From the IMG/VR virus record IMGVR_UViG_3300005532_000255, positions 1-52,311 of that record: a DNA stretch of 52,311 nucleotides; one strand, written 5' to 3'. Below are positions 18,301-27,951 of this stretch, piece by piece. A program made the position numbers and the translations under genes. The notes beneath the pieces are model-generated. The model worked only from the letters and a program-made list of their open reading frames with translations. It had not been told where the DNA came from and did no database searches. The first letter of the stretch is position 1, and each line of letters opens with the position of its first letter. The stretch is from a virus. Lineage: Duplodnaviria; Caudoviricetes.

Positions 18301-18955
18301 ACACGAACTGGGCCTGATCCGCCTCGTTGCCAATGGACTGGGAAATGCCATCGAAGTCGAGCAGGCGCGCTTGGTATAGCTGTACGCCAACGGTGCAGCG
18401 CCGGTCGGAAACGTAGATCGCCGGGTAGCCGGCCTCGAGCGGCTGAATTTTTACCAGGGCAATGACGTGCTGAACCTGGGAGAGAAGCGCCGCCGAGAGT
18501 TCCGAGGAGGGGAAGCGAAAGACAGTGCTGTTGAGCGCGTAAGTCGGTGACGTAGCCGGTATCTCGACGAGGGTGATGCCGACCGAGCAGACGAAGTCGG
18601 AGACCATTTCCCAGGAGAGCGGCTCATTCTCGAACCGGCAGACATAGCGCGTCGTCCCGTTGCCGTCGTCGTTCGGAGCGTCGTAGTAGAAGGCTCCGAA
18701 CGACCCGTATTGGCTCTCCCAGAAGTCGCGCAGCGCGATGCGCTCGGCCTCGCACAGATACGACCGCCGAACCGTGAACCGCTTTGCGCCCGCGCCGAGC
18801 AGGAAGCGTTGCTCGATCTTGGTGTTGGCGCTGCCGAAGCGGTGAACGACCACTTGCGGGGCGTGCGCGCGGCCATGCGGGAACTCAGAAACGACCGGGA
18901 AGACGCCGGAGACAGCAATTTCCGGCACCGGCACTCTGCCGATGAAATCGCTCAT
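15332..18955 (-). CDS. Tail tip / baseplate hub (host-specificity J-like) protein
   Basis: 1207 aa after TMP and distal tail gene; LTNPVW, FKFRGIL..KPLRDWIQEVL, LNTEPG..CSMTHP tail-tip motifs. Confidence 0.8.
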   Translation of the reverse strand: MSDFIGRVPVPEIAVSGVFPVVSEFPHGRAHAPQVVVHRFGSANTKIEQRFLLGAGAKRFTVRRSYLCEAERIALRDFWESQYGSFGAFYYDAPNDDGNGTTRYVCRFENEPLSWEMVSDFVCSVGITLVEIPATSPTYALNSTVFRFPSSELSAALLSQVQHVIALVKIQPLEAGYPAIYVSDRRCTVGVQLYQARLLDFDGISQSIGNEADQAQFVFGNADRVMRDLANDVDLFRASIEFSLFHVGTGIKLDLWKGDIVDWSFDSGPEFRIRAADGIYELNLPYPTRRISRTCWKQFNDGQGQGCPYSQQGGLDVTHFRGASPFSCDKGYETPNGCLAHGMKRYFGGILAEPQAVRIKDNSTGVFGFGRSVVTSVSLVADSIYDEVVPEVYTDSEMPVNCKIAAGRDESDFYEALGIVGEGPLGAYTDAHYEDRDGDGNAETFVGSTLDGQAHHGWPSSNLGLRTYLGSDPAGDTDFFSLDQSGDQTGGDWRKVYSGDSTYKDNFAAGTAFIVIRRSDAKGLQLSRPGDHAMQAVVQLGLSGWVWTAPGVRSQQILTNPVWIAINMLLRARGLRFADADTAEQHFDVDAAVAAAAICDQQVDRLVGTGLETQFKFRGILQEEKPLRDWIQEVLMNCLGYYTFAFGKLKLGVRANSSAVEAFTVGNILFESLQLAPVRPSFNHLTANFADEEFQFVNNSISLYDIDHAKLIGGAVSPLFLKSNVNLSGTASKSQAARIITTRLREELGGITPAEWKAARQIAFRTTVLALNTEPGMVCSMTHPDMPGGSGEFRVTSWRLNKDFSIDIQGRTTTDSMYDIVAGPKPADVPAAPAPGDPLGDIAAPPLPGFGISTHGKGTLDILGLGFEDLNNTHSIFAGTFRIFHFDETSAPTGRLAADIDSAATTWQVDDASAFSAGASYVIDRETITVTAADPANNTITVLRAQLGSVAAAHAGPKTITGASNATPIVITAASHLRRINDVVEISGVLGNDAANGNWDIVNSPSGDSFELAGSSGSGNYVSGGSIAGSRLYRVLDILATAAFRPGFFAQPESGDWRQTVTLPNARIVAVQGYLTNALGNSPTRQYDLLQTTTRTLLGGQIDLEVEGTLSIESNAAPGFSMPFPAAVWYVSAAVQEAPTGGPIRITVNRNGTMWCRLAVADGQTSAAGAPSGRALGPLARDDGITLDITAVGTTDPGRRLVVSIRL

Positions 18956-19380
18956 TGCGGCTTGCTTACTCAGTGGTCCGTCTCAAGTCTTGTTTCTGCC
19001 AGAGGAGCGCCATACCGCCACAAGGACCTAAGATCTCATCGAGGAAGGATCGGTGGAGGAGGCCCCACCTTTGTGGGGCAATTGCCTCGGCTGCGGCGGC
19101 CGAGCGCCACGAGGTTCCCGATTCGGTCGGTGGGAGTCATGAAAAAGTTCGGCCTGAAGATCTGCTTGTTCCTGTTCCTGGAGGCGCTGTTGTTGGGCCG
19201 CACCGACGAACTGGGAACAATCACAGGCTTTATTTTCGGAATGCCTTAGTCTGAGGCAGCTCCCGACGGATCATGATTGTGCGGTTCCGATCCCCGGATA
19301 TCAGATTGATCAACCGTCTCACTTCCCTCTCGGCCGGTCGCCCACACTGCATCTTGCACTGTGGCACAAACCTCGTCCAG

Positions 19381-19405
19381 GGCCGCTAACAATTAAAGCG
19401 GCCCC
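19381..19405 (-). terminator. Hairpin downstream of the TonB receptor gene
   Basis: GGCCGCT AACAATTAA AGCGGCC(CC), about 20 bp past the stop; no clear U-tract. Confidence 0.4.
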
Positions 19406-19424
19406 TTGACAAGGTCGCTCGATA

Positions 19425-22400
19425 TCAGAAGATCAGTTTTAAGCCCAATTGCATCTGCCTGGGGTTCACTGCAACGGAGGTGATGTTTCCGGTAGCCGCT
19501 ATCCCAATGGTGGAATTCACGCGTCCGAACTGTGCCTTGTTGAAGACATTGAACGCCTCCCATCGGAACTGGGCATCCAGCCGATGTTCCGGAAGAATCG
19601 GGAATGTCTTAAATAAGGAGGCATCCACGTTGGCTATGCCCGGTTCGCGGACACTGGTCAGCGTGCGAGGAGCGGTACCAAACTGGTAAGGCGGCGTGAT
19701 CGAGAATACCGAGGCGTCGAACCAGTGCGCCAAGCGGTCTTGCGTAGTCCCGCTGGTATAGCGGGCGGGCTGGCCATTATTCATCGGTCGCTGCCGCGCA
19801 TTGTAGATTCCGGCTTGGTTCACTGGCTGGAGAATCGGGATCGGCTGCCCGGTTTGCCAGGTCCACAGTCCGTTCATCTGCCAGCCTCCCACAAGCGCGT
19901 CGAGGAGGCGGCTGCTGTTGGAAAGCAGCTTCTTGCCTTTGCCGATGGGCAACTGGTAGTCGGCGCTCACCACTAGGCGGCGGGCGATATCCTCGGTGGA
20001 GACAGCGCGCTCCGCGCGGCGATCGTAGGTGTTCTGCGTGGCGGAGCCGCCGCTGCTGGAGAAAAAGCCGCTCGCTTCGGAGTCGCTGACGAGCTTGGCA
20101 CCGGTGAAGGCGAGCAGGAAGCCAAGCCCTTGTGCGAAACGCCGCTCCGCACGCAGCGTAAAGGCGTGGTAGATCGAGTTGCCGTAGGGCCTCCATTGCA
20201 GATCCAGGCCGGTGATTTGCGGGTAGGGCCGCAGCAGTTGGCCGTACTCCACGGTCCGATTACTCAGAATCGACTTCGGATCGGTGATCACGCCGTAAAA
20301 CGGGTTAGGCACCTGCTGCCGAAGCTGATTGCCTAACGGCATGTACTTTGGATCGAGCTGGTTGTACGGCGTTGTATCGCCATCCTGGATGTGCGTGCCC
20401 TTGTTGCCGAGATAGGCCAGCTCGATGGTTAGCCCGCCCGGCAGTTCCCGCTGGATATTCAAGTTCCACTGTTGCGAGTAGGGGCTGAACCATGCTGGGA
20501 TCCAGCTATCAGTGATGCCAAAACCCAGATCGGTGCTGGGGCTGCGGCCGGGCGTTTTGAAGCCGTCCGGGAACGGGTTGTCAAGCGTGTGGATGGGCGT
20601 CACGCCGTCGAGCGTGGTGATCATCGTGTTTTGCAGGCGGAACCCTTCCAAACCGGCGTTGTGGTTGGCGACCTGCATGGGCGAAGCGTCGTAGATGATG
20701 CCGTAAGCGGAGCGCACCACCGTCTTGCGATTGACCTGATACGCAAAACCCAGGCGCGGGGCGAATTGCTTCCACTCTGTCGGTGTCTGCTGGCGGTGAT
20801 CATTGTCGACGAATCTCATGACCCCGACCAAATTCGGGAAAGTGGGCACTTGGCCGGCGATGGGCGAGGGTGCGCTGAGGTCGTAGTACGACAGGCGGTT
20901 GTAGCGTTCAGTGCGCGGGATATCCACGTCCCAGCGCAGGCCGGCGTTCACGGTGAGCTTTGCTGTGATACGGATGTCATCCTGCACATACCCGGCCCAG
21001 TAGCTGCTAGCGACGGCAATCTTGGGCACGTTGTAGAGTTCGCCGCTGGAGGGGGTGCCCAGCAGGAACGTCGCGAAACCGAACCCTTGCGCGTCATTGA
21101 AGGTGAAGGGATCTTGCCGCGTCCAGTTGTCGCTGAAGCTGAAGCCGCCGTTCGGACCGGAACCAAACGGCTGGAAGAAGTTCAGGAAGAACTTGCGGTA
21201 TTCGCCGCCACCCTTGATGGTGTGTCGGCCGGTCACTTTCGTGAGTGAAGCGGCGATGTTGCCGCTATTGGAGAGCCAGTTCAGGCCGCCTCCGCCGCCC
21301 CTCCCCACCACGCCGCTGACACTAATGCCCGGGAAGTGCATCCACTCGCCAGCGCTCTGAGCTGAGAGATAGTGCGGGAATCCGAGTGTATCCGAGTTGA
21401 ACCCCATGCTGGTGGGATACAGGTCGTACTCCCACCTAGTGACGGTGAAGCGCACGTTGGCGGTGGTGGTGGCATTGATGATGATGGTGTTGTCCCATAC
21501 GCCGTTGTGCCGCGGGCGGATGTTGTCGGACGATACGTCAGCTGGTCCACCGCCCACCAGTTGCACCGGTGCGATGTGGTAGGTCGAGCGGTTGAACCGC
21601 CAGTAGGACCGCCAGGCTTGGGACATGTTGTGGTCTCCTCGGACGGTCAGGTTGCTGGTGTCGACGGCCGTGGTACCCGAATTGAACCAGTTGTTCAAGG
21701 GGGTGTACGGGTTGCTCGAAGGACGGTTGGGCGCCGGCCAGTAGGGCAGGATTTTCAGTGACACCGGGTTGATACGGTTGAGCGGGATCTTGTTTCCCGG
21801 GAATGCGTCGCGCGTCCAGCCACCTTGGCCGTCGGGTTTGGTGGTCAGCGGGTCGTAAAGCGTGATTGGGACACCTCGGAAGTTCAGCAGATCCGAAAAG
21901 TCCCCGCTCCTCCAAGCATCGGCGGGCAGCGTGGTGGTGGTGGAGGCTGGCGTGCGTTCGTTCGTGCGCTCGAAGTCCACGAAGAAGAATGTCCGGTTCT
22001 TGCCGTTAAAGGCGCCCGGGATAACAACAGGGCCGCCCAGCGAAAACCCGTACTGGTTGCGCTTGAAGGATCGCAACGGCACCCCGAACTTGTTGGCGAA
22101 AAAGTCGTTGGCGTCCAGCCTGCTGTTACGGAGGAACTCGCGCGCGGTTCCATGCAAAGCATTGCCACCCTGCCTGGTGGCGATGTTGATGAAGCCACCG
22201 CCGCTCCTTCCGTATTCCGCCGGAAGCCCATTGACCTGAACGGTGAACTCTTGGACCGCGTCGGGAGACGGTGGCAACCCGCCCATCACGCGCGCTCCGC
22301 CGGTCGGATCAGCCACGCTCAGCGGCGCGCCATCGACCATGGCTTCGCTGGTCATGATGCGGCCGCCGCCAATTTGGGGCGTGTAATTGTCGTTCTGGCG

Positions 22401-22904
22401 GCTGGCCGCGCTAACCCCGGTGTAGACGGCCGGAACGGTGGCGGCTAGGTTGAGCACGAGCCGACCGTTCAGCGGCAGGTCGGTAATGCTCTTGTTGCTG
22501 ATCGAAGTCTTCACGACAGAATCGGCATCGGCCAGCATGGGTGGAGTTGCCGTCACCTCCACTGTCGTCGCCACATCTCCGACCTCCAGCACGACGTTGA
22601 GTGTAAGAATCTGCTGTACGTTGAGCTTGATATTGGCCTGTGTGAACCGGCGGAATCCAGTTCTCTCGACGGTCAGGCTGTAATCGCCGGGCAAAAGGAA
22701 CGGGAAGACGTAGCGGCCCTCCTGGCTAGTACTGACCTCTCGCACGACGCCGGTCTTGAGGTTCGTGACGGTCACTCTGGCCTCCGCCACGGTCGCACTC
22801 GTCGCGTCTTGCACCAAGCCTTGGAGTGTGGCCGTCGAAGTTTGCGCGCACAAGGCTCCAGCAAGTGCGAACGCCAGGACTAGCAACAGCAAGCACCTGG
22901 ACAT
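19425..22904 (-). CDS. TonB-dependent receptor, Oar-like with carboxypeptidase-regulatory N-domain
   Basis: Signal peptide, LQGLVQDATSA.V, DLPLNGR, DAVQEFTV...AEYGRSGGG, FAPRLGFAY, C-terminal PRQMQLGLKLIF. Confidence 0.95.
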   Translation of the reverse strand: MSRCLLLLVLAFALAGALCAQTSTATLQGLVQDATSATVAEARVTVTNLKTGVVREVSTSQEGRYVFPFLLPGDYSLTVERTGFRRFTQANIKLNVQQILTLNVVLEVGDVATTVEVTATPPMLADADSVVKTSISNKSITDLPLNGRLVLNLAATVPAVYTGVSAASRQNDNYTPQIGGGRIMTSEAMVDGAPLSVADPTGGARVMGGLPPSPDAVQEFTVQVNGLPAEYGRSGGGFINIATRQGGNALHGTAREFLRNSRLDANDFFANKFGVPLRSFKRNQYGFSLGGPVVIPGAFNGKNRTFFFVDFERTNERTPASTTTTLPADAWRSGDFSDLLNFRGVPITLYDPLTTKPDGQGGWTRDAFPGNKIPLNRINPVSLKILPYWPAPNRPSSNPYTPLNNWFNSGTTAVDTSNLTVRGDHNMSQAWRSYWRFNRSTYHIAPVQLVGGGPADVSSDNIRPRHNGVWDNTIIINATTTANVRFTVTRWEYDLYPTSMGFNSDTLGFPHYLSAQSAGEWMHFPGISVSGVVGRGGGGGLNWLSNSGNIAASLTKVTGRHTIKGGGEYRKFFLNFFQPFGSGPNGGFSFSDNWTRQDPFTFNDAQGFGFATFLLGTPSSGELYNVPKIAVASSYWAGYVQDDIRITAKLTVNAGLRWDVDIPRTERYNRLSYYDLSAPSPIAGQVPTFPNLVGVMRFVDNDHRQQTPTEWKQFAPRLGFAYQVNRKTVVRSAYGIIYDASPMQVANHNAGLEGFRLQNTMITTLDGVTPIHTLDNPFPDGFKTPGRSPSTDLGFGITDSWIPAWFSPYSQQWNLNIQRELPGGLTIELAYLGNKGTHIQDGDTTPYNQLDPKYMPLGNQLRQQVPNPFYGVITDPKSILSNRTVEYGQLLRPYPQITGLDLQWRPYGNSIYHAFTLRAERRFAQGLGFLLAFTGAKLVSDSEASGFFSSSGGSATQNTYDRRAERAVSTEDIARRLVVSADYQLPIGKGKKLLSNSSRLLDALVGGWQMNGLWTWQTGQPIPILQPVNQAGIYNARQRPMNNGQPARYTSGTTQDRLAHWFDASVFSITPPYQFGTAPRTLTSVREPGIANVDASLFKTFPILPEHRLDAQFRWEAFNVFNKAQFGRVNSTIGIAATGNITSVAVNPRQMQLGLKLIF

Positions 22905-22940
22905 ATTCTAAACCTCCTGATCTTTTAAGCGCTCAAGCGA

Positions 22941-22983
22941 TTGAACGTTCAAGTACTATACTCGCTCGAATGGTGGCTGTCAA
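22941..22983 (-). promoter_or_regulatory. sigma70 promoter of the TonB receptor with palindromic operator
   Basis: TTGACA (22983-22978)-17 bp-TATAGT (22960-22955); perfect palindrome TTGAACGTTCAA (22941-22952) over the predicted start site. Confidence 0.7.
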
Positions 22984-23025
22984 GTGTAATAGTGTGGTTA
23001 TAATGTGGGAAGAAAGGATCGGTCC

Positions 23026-23742
23026 ATGACTTCATTCCGGCTGGCGGGCTTGCACAGTTCGCCTCTTGTTAAGGACAGCTTGGCTAGCCTTCTGCGCGAA
23101 GAGATCATTGCAGGACGTCTGGCCCCCGGCGAGAGGATCATCGAGGGCAAATGGGCTTCGAAACTGAACGTGGCACAGGCTTCGATCCGGGAGGCCCTCA
23201 ACATCCTTGCGGCCGAAGGCTTTGTTCAAAGAGGTCCGGGCCGGAGCACCCGCGTGATCGAACTGAGCGCGGATGATGTGGTCCAGATTTACGAGATGCG
23301 GAGCGCGCTCGAGACCCTGGCGGCGCGCCTAATCATGCGAAAGCGGCCCGATCTGAGCGACCTGGACCAGGCGATCGCCGACATGCGTTCGGCCGCGCTG
23401 TGCAACAACGTACGCGCGTTTTATGAGCGGGATATCCGTTTTCATCTGCTGCTAGCGGAAAAGGCCGGCAACCGCTTCTTGGAGCAGGAGCTGCGACGGC
23501 TGATCGTCCCCCTGTTCGCATTCGTCGTAATGCGGGTCCATGGAGCGGTCGATGAGCCGGAGCGCTGGGAGCGCAGCATTGCCGAACACCAGCAGATTCT
23601 AGGCTTGCTTAGAGGCACCGACCCCGAACATTCGGAACGTGAGATAGCCAGGATCAACCAACAATTCTTCGTTGATACATACACGCTGATGGCCGCAGAA
23701 AACGGTGAATGGCATCGCGCCATCGGAGTGAACGCACCTTGA
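23026..23742 (+). CDS. GntR-family (FCD) transcriptional regulator
   Basis: LREEIIAGRLAPGERI...SIREALNILAAEG; DIRFH; EHQQIL. TATAAT 22999-23004 and AAGGA RBS. Confidence 0.93.
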   Translation: MTSFRLAGLHSSPLVKDSLASLLREEIIAGRLAPGERIIEGKWASKLNVAQASIREALNILAAEGFVQRGPGRSTRVIELSADDVVQIYEMRSALETLAARLIMRKRPDLSDLDQAIADMRSAALCNNVRAFYERDIRFHLLLAEKAGNRFLEQELRRLIVPLFAFVVMRVHGAVDEPERWERSIAEHQQILGLLRGTDPEHSEREIARINQQFFVDTYTLMAAENGEWHRAIGVNAP

Positions 23743-23941
23743 CTCCCGGTCATCTCGGGGAGAGGCGTAAGCAGCGTGGGATGTCGTTGTCGATCTTCCT
23801 CACCAAGTGATTTTTTTCACCAGAGAATACGGCATCGATTCTTGTTCTGGAGGTGGGAGCCTGCCCTGTGTGGCGGCCCTGTGTAGCTCTCGAAGGAGCA
23901 TCAGCATAAACAAAATCGCCCTATTTATTTTCTGATAATCC

Positions 23942-24111
23942 CTAAGTGCAGCGCTGCACCAGGTACCGCGCCGCGTTGTCGGCAGGACCGGCCCCGGAAC
24001 CGAACATCATGTCGTAGATGCGCGGCCGGATGTTAGCCGTGGAGATGAGCGTCACCAGCGGCAGCGTCGAGGACTGGGTGTTGGTGGAGTTGCCGTCGAA
24101 TTGTGTGCCAT
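23942..24111 (-). pseudogene. Truncated phage tail-region gene
   Basis: AAGGAG RBS and ATG 24111. After an early indel it reads FDGNSTNTQSSTLPLVTLISTANIRPRIYDMMFGSGAGPADNAARYLVQRCT and stops at a TAG within the cassette-boundary repeat. Confidence 0.5.
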
Positions 24112-24132
24112 GAGGCTCCTTTCAGTGGCCGA

Positions 24133-24534
24133 TCAGGCCAGCTCAACAATCTCGATGGAAACGTCGGAACGGGCGATCCCCGTCTCCTGGGACCAGGCGC
24201 CCTCGAACCGCACGGTGTACCGGCCCTGGCTGGCGGCGCCGGTGGGGTCGTGCGAGAACGGCGGGTTCGTTTCGTAGGGGTCGTAGAACAGGAACGGCTC
24301 CTGCGGGCCGCCCCGCGCGTCGTAGAAATTACGCAGCGCAGATAACCGTGCCGGCGACAGCCGCTTCCCGAGACGCCATCTCCGTCTGCTCGCATCGGCG
24401 ACGTGACTCCGCTGCGATTCTCCGTTGGCGTATTCGTTCACGTAAACGGGGTACTCGCGCGCCTGCGCGAAGACTCGCGAGAGGCTCAGCGGCATCACCG
24501 CTGTTGGCGCCGCGTTTTGCACCGAGCCTGGCAT
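24133..24534 (-). CDS. Distal tail protein (DUF2460 / lambda M-like)
   Basis: Follows TMP; NGESQR...LRNFYDARGG..EPFLFYDP. Confidence 0.75.
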   Translation of the reverse strand: MPGSVQNAAPTAVMPLSLSRVFAQAREYPVYVNEYANGESQRSHVADASRRRWRLGKRLSPARLSALRNFYDARGGPQEPFLFYDPYETNPPFSHDPTGAASQGRYTVRFEGAWSQETGIARSDVSIEIVELA

Positions 24535-24540
24535 TGCCGA

Positions 24541-27500
24541 TCAGCTCGTCAGGGTTCCGGGACTCAGTTGCAGCGCCAGCATTTCTCGACGGCCCGCGTT
24601 GGACCGTGCGGCGTCAATAGCAGCGCTTTGGACCGCGCGCGGGTTCTCGATCACAGCCTGTACGGCCTCGCCGCGCAGCGCCGCGGCGGCTGAGTTGCCG
24701 TTAATACTCACCTGCAACATCAGCTTGTCGCCGAGCGTTATGACTGGCGGGCCGGCATTGGACGGCGTGCCGGGCAATATTCTGTCCAGCGTCGATGGAC
24801 CGAGAGTCGGCAGCGGAGATTGGAAAGCCAGCGCACTGCCGTTCTGGAATGTCGGTGCCTGGAAAAGCCCGCCGCCGAGCTCGACGAGCGAGGCTGGCCG
24901 TACAGAAGCCGGCAGGCGCGCGATGTTCTGGCCGGTGCTCATGGCGTACAGCTCGATCAGGTCCCGAACTTGCTGGCTGCGAATGGCAACATCGAGATTT
25001 CCCCCGAAACCCTGCTTGGCCATATCCACAATCTGCTGCAAGATCCCCTTGTCCGGGATGTCGACGCCGTAGATGGCTTTGATTTTGTCTCGGGCTTTTT
25101 CCATCGCCCCTTTGACGAACAGCCGGATGATGCCGGCGAAGAAGCCGGCAGACGCGCCGATGGCTGCTCCTATGGGCCCGCCGACCTTGAAGCCGATCAG
25201 CGCGCCGCCAGCCGTGGTCTCCGCGACGCCCACCGCGCCTCCGCGACGCAGCCCGTCCAGCGCGAGCAAAGCGCCGCCGACCAGCGCGGCATCAGACTTG
25301 CCGATCGCCTGGAGATTGCCGGAAATGCCCGTGCGCGCAATCGCGACGCCAGGCGCCACCTGCACGGAATTGCTCCCGAGTCCCAAGAAATTCTTCAAGC
25401 CGCCGAAAAGGCCGGCCAGACCGGCAACGTTCGAAACTCCGGCGATACCTCCACTGCTACCGCTTAGAGTTATCGGGACGCCCGTCAACGTCGGCGTGCC
25501 GCCCGGCGCCGCGGGCGATCCAATGATTCCGCCGCCGGCGCCGAACACTGGCACAGCTCCGATTCCCAGCAGAGTGCCCAAGCGGCCGAGCAGCCCGCCG
25601 CCCGCTGCCGCTCCGGCCTCTCCGCCGAAGACCGGGACATTGCCTGATAGGCCGCCAGCGAAACTCACCCGCACGCCGTAGAGCAGGCGCATCAGCGCGG
25701 CGGCGACCTGGCTGGTGACGATCTCTTTCAAGGCCGTCAGCACAGCCGTTTTCAGCGCGTTACCGATTGCCCCAAAGACGGATTCGGAACGATGCAGTAG
25801 CGCATCGAATACGCCGCCGGCGGATTGCTTCAGGGACTCAAAAGTGCTGCGCAGGTGCTCGCGTATCAACTGCGCCGAGCGCACGGCGGCCTGTTCGCGT
25901 GCGGCGTCAATCGCGCCCAGGCGCTTGATTTCGTTCTGCCGCGCGTCTTCCGCCGCCTGTTGCGTGACGGCCTCGACGCGGTCATCGATCTGCTTGGCCA
26001 GGTCCGGCCGCACAAACTTCAGGAATTGCAGGTAACTCAGTTCACGCTCTTTGCGCCGGTTGATCGCATCGGCGTGGATCCTGGCCTCCCGATTCACGTA
26101 ATCGATCTCGATGGCGGCCCGCTGCTGTTCGACCGCCAACTGGTCGCGCAGGGTTTGGGCGCCAACCAGCTCCAGGTTCCTCAGGCGGGCATCGCGGATC
26201 TGCTGCTGCACCTCGGTCTCAAAGTCGAATTGCTTGTCCAGCGTCTCCAGGTGCAGCTCGAGGGATTTCTGCTCGAATTCCCGCTGCTCCTCGAACCGCT
26301 TGTTGTGGTCCTCGAGCGTCACCCGCAGCATTGGAAAAAGCTGCTGGTTATCCTTGTCGCGGAGATGCTCCAGCTTTGTGGCGTGGCCGAGGATACCCTG
26401 CCAGATCGAATCCTCGGCCAGCAGGACCCCCATCTTCCGCTGCTCCCGCTGGACCCCGATCACGGTCGCCTGGTTGATATCGTCGATGGCCTTCTTGCTG
26501 TTGCCGTAGAGATCGATCTGCTTGGCCTGCTGGTTGTAGACCTTGGCCAGGCCGTCGAACTCCTGGGTGATGGCGTTGAGCAGAAACTCGTGGGCCGACT
26601 TTTCGGCCTCTTGGATCTTCCGCAGCTCCTCGGCCGTCAACTGGCGCGGCGGCTTGGGCAGCTCGACCGTCAGCCCCAGCTCGGCGCCCGTGAGCGGCTG
26701 GAACCTGCCGGCCTTCTTCGCTTCGAGCGCCGCCTGGGTGACACCTTCCAGCGCCTTCTCCTCGTTGCCCATCTCCAGGCGAAACCGGAAGGCCTCCTCG
26801 GCGCTCTGGTTGAATCGCTGTTGAATGAAATACAGCGAGCCGCCGAGCACCGCCAATCCAGCCGCTACCTGCCCAACGACAGGAATGCCCGCCAGCGCAG
26901 CCCCCTTCAGCAGCACCGCTGCGCCACCGAGAACAGTCAGGCCCTTGACGACATCGGCCACAACATCCTTGTTCTCGCGGGCGGCCTGCAAGAGGTGCCC
27001 CATCCCGCCGACCAGATCCCGAAGCGTGGGCAGGAACGCGTTGCCTAATTCCTCCTTAAGTTCGTGGAAGCTGCGGCCCAAGGCCATCATCGATCCCTCG
27101 ACCGTAGCGCCGGCCTCGGCGGCGACGCCCTGGAGACCGCTGCCTTTTTCGATCACAGCGTTGAGCGCGATCTGCCGCTTTTCGGTGTCGGTCAGGGCAC
27201 GGCCGCGCCTCAATTCCGCCAGCGCAACCTGCTCCTCGAGGTTGACGAGGATTCCCATTGACCGCAGCGTGCGGGAGCGGTTCGCCTCGATGCCGGACAG
27301 GATCCGGTCGAGAGCCTCTTCGCGGCTGATGCCCCTCAGGGCGGCGGCATTCTTTGCGACCTCGGCGAGCTGGGTGGCTTTGGTGAGGTCCAGCTCGGCG
27401 ACGATCATGCGGTTCACGACGGTGAGGGCTTCGCTGTCGTGGAAGCCCAGCAGCTTGATGGCCTGGGCATGTCCCTTCACGGCCGCCGCGCTCAGGCCAT

Positions 27501-27807
27501 GGATCCTGGCGAGCTGCTCCGTCGTCGCCGCCACGAATTCATTGTGGGCCGCGAGCTTCGTAGCCTCTACCGCAAATTCCTTAGCGACCTCGACGAGCTT
27601 CTCGAAGGTCCCTGCCAGCACCTCGCCGACCGCTGCGCCGGCAGCGATCTTGCCGGTCAGGTGATCGAGCGCACCGCCGGCGTGATCGCCGGCCTGCTTG
27701 CCGTGCTTGCCGATGTCATCGAGGTTCTGGTTGAGGCGCTTGATCTCGGCATTGGCCTTGTCGCCGTCAACGGTGATGACCAGTTCGAGTTTCGCGTCGG
27801 AAGGCAT
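24541..27807 (-). CDS. Tape measure protein
   Basis: 1088 aa, Ala/Gly/Leu-rich, coiled coil, Gly-rich hydrophobic C-terminus; position in the tail operon. Confidence 0.9.
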   Translation of the reverse strand: MPSDAKLELVITVDGDKANAEIKRLNQNLDDIGKHGKQAGDHAGGALDHLTGKIAAGAAVGEVLAGTFEKLVEVAKEFAVEATKLAAHNEFVAATTEQLARIHGLSAAAVKGHAQAIKLLGFHDSEALTVVNRMIVAELDLTKATQLAEVAKNAAALRGISREEALDRILSGIEANRSRTLRSMGILVNLEEQVALAELRRGRALTDTEKRQIALNAVIEKGSGLQGVAAEAGATVEGSMMALGRSFHELKEELGNAFLPTLRDLVGGMGHLLQAARENKDVVADVVKGLTVLGGAAVLLKGAALAGIPVVGQVAAGLAVLGGSLYFIQQRFNQSAEEAFRFRLEMGNEEKALEGVTQAALEAKKAGRFQPLTGAELGLTVELPKPPRQLTAEELRKIQEAEKSAHEFLLNAITQEFDGLAKVYNQQAKQIDLYGNSKKAIDDINQATVIGVQREQRKMGVLLAEDSIWQGILGHATKLEHLRDKDNQQLFPMLRVTLEDHNKRFEEQREFEQKSLELHLETLDKQFDFETEVQQQIRDARLRNLELVGAQTLRDQLAVEQQRAAIEIDYVNREARIHADAINRRKERELSYLQFLKFVRPDLAKQIDDRVEAVTQQAAEDARQNEIKRLGAIDAAREQAAVRSAQLIREHLRSTFESLKQSAGGVFDALLHRSESVFGAIGNALKTAVLTALKEIVTSQVAAALMRLLYGVRVSFAGGLSGNVPVFGGEAGAAAGGGLLGRLGTLLGIGAVPVFGAGGGIIGSPAAPGGTPTLTGVPITLSGSSGGIAGVSNVAGLAGLFGGLKNFLGLGSNSVQVAPGVAIARTGISGNLQAIGKSDAALVGGALLALDGLRRGGAVGVAETTAGGALIGFKVGGPIGAAIGASAGFFAGIIRLFVKGAMEKARDKIKAIYGVDIPDKGILQQIVDMAKQGFGGNLDVAIRSQQVRDLIELYAMSTGQNIARLPASVRPASLVELGGGLFQAPTFQNGSALAFQSPLPTLGPSTLDRILPGTPSNAGPPVITLGDKLMLQVSINGNSAAAALRGEAVQAVIENPRAVQSAAIDAARSNAGRREMLALQLSPGTLTS

Positions 27808-27951
27808 TGCGTTCTTCTAAGCAATTTTGGGGAGGCCGATTCGGGTAGGGCTTCTGTACGAAATGGTACACTAGAGAAAGACTGTTTTCGGCGCTAATCA
27901 CGCTTTTGAGATCCCTCCACAGCCGACACTAACCTGATTGGAGGTGGAACC

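Larger units (their letters stand above)
19229..23945. mobile_element. Inserted host-type cassette (TonB receptor plus GntR) bounded by imperfect direct repeats
   Basis: TTTATTTTCGGAATGCCTTAG (19229-19249) and TTTATTTTCTGATAATCCCTAA (23924-23945). The right copy truncates a phage gene. Confidence 0.45.
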
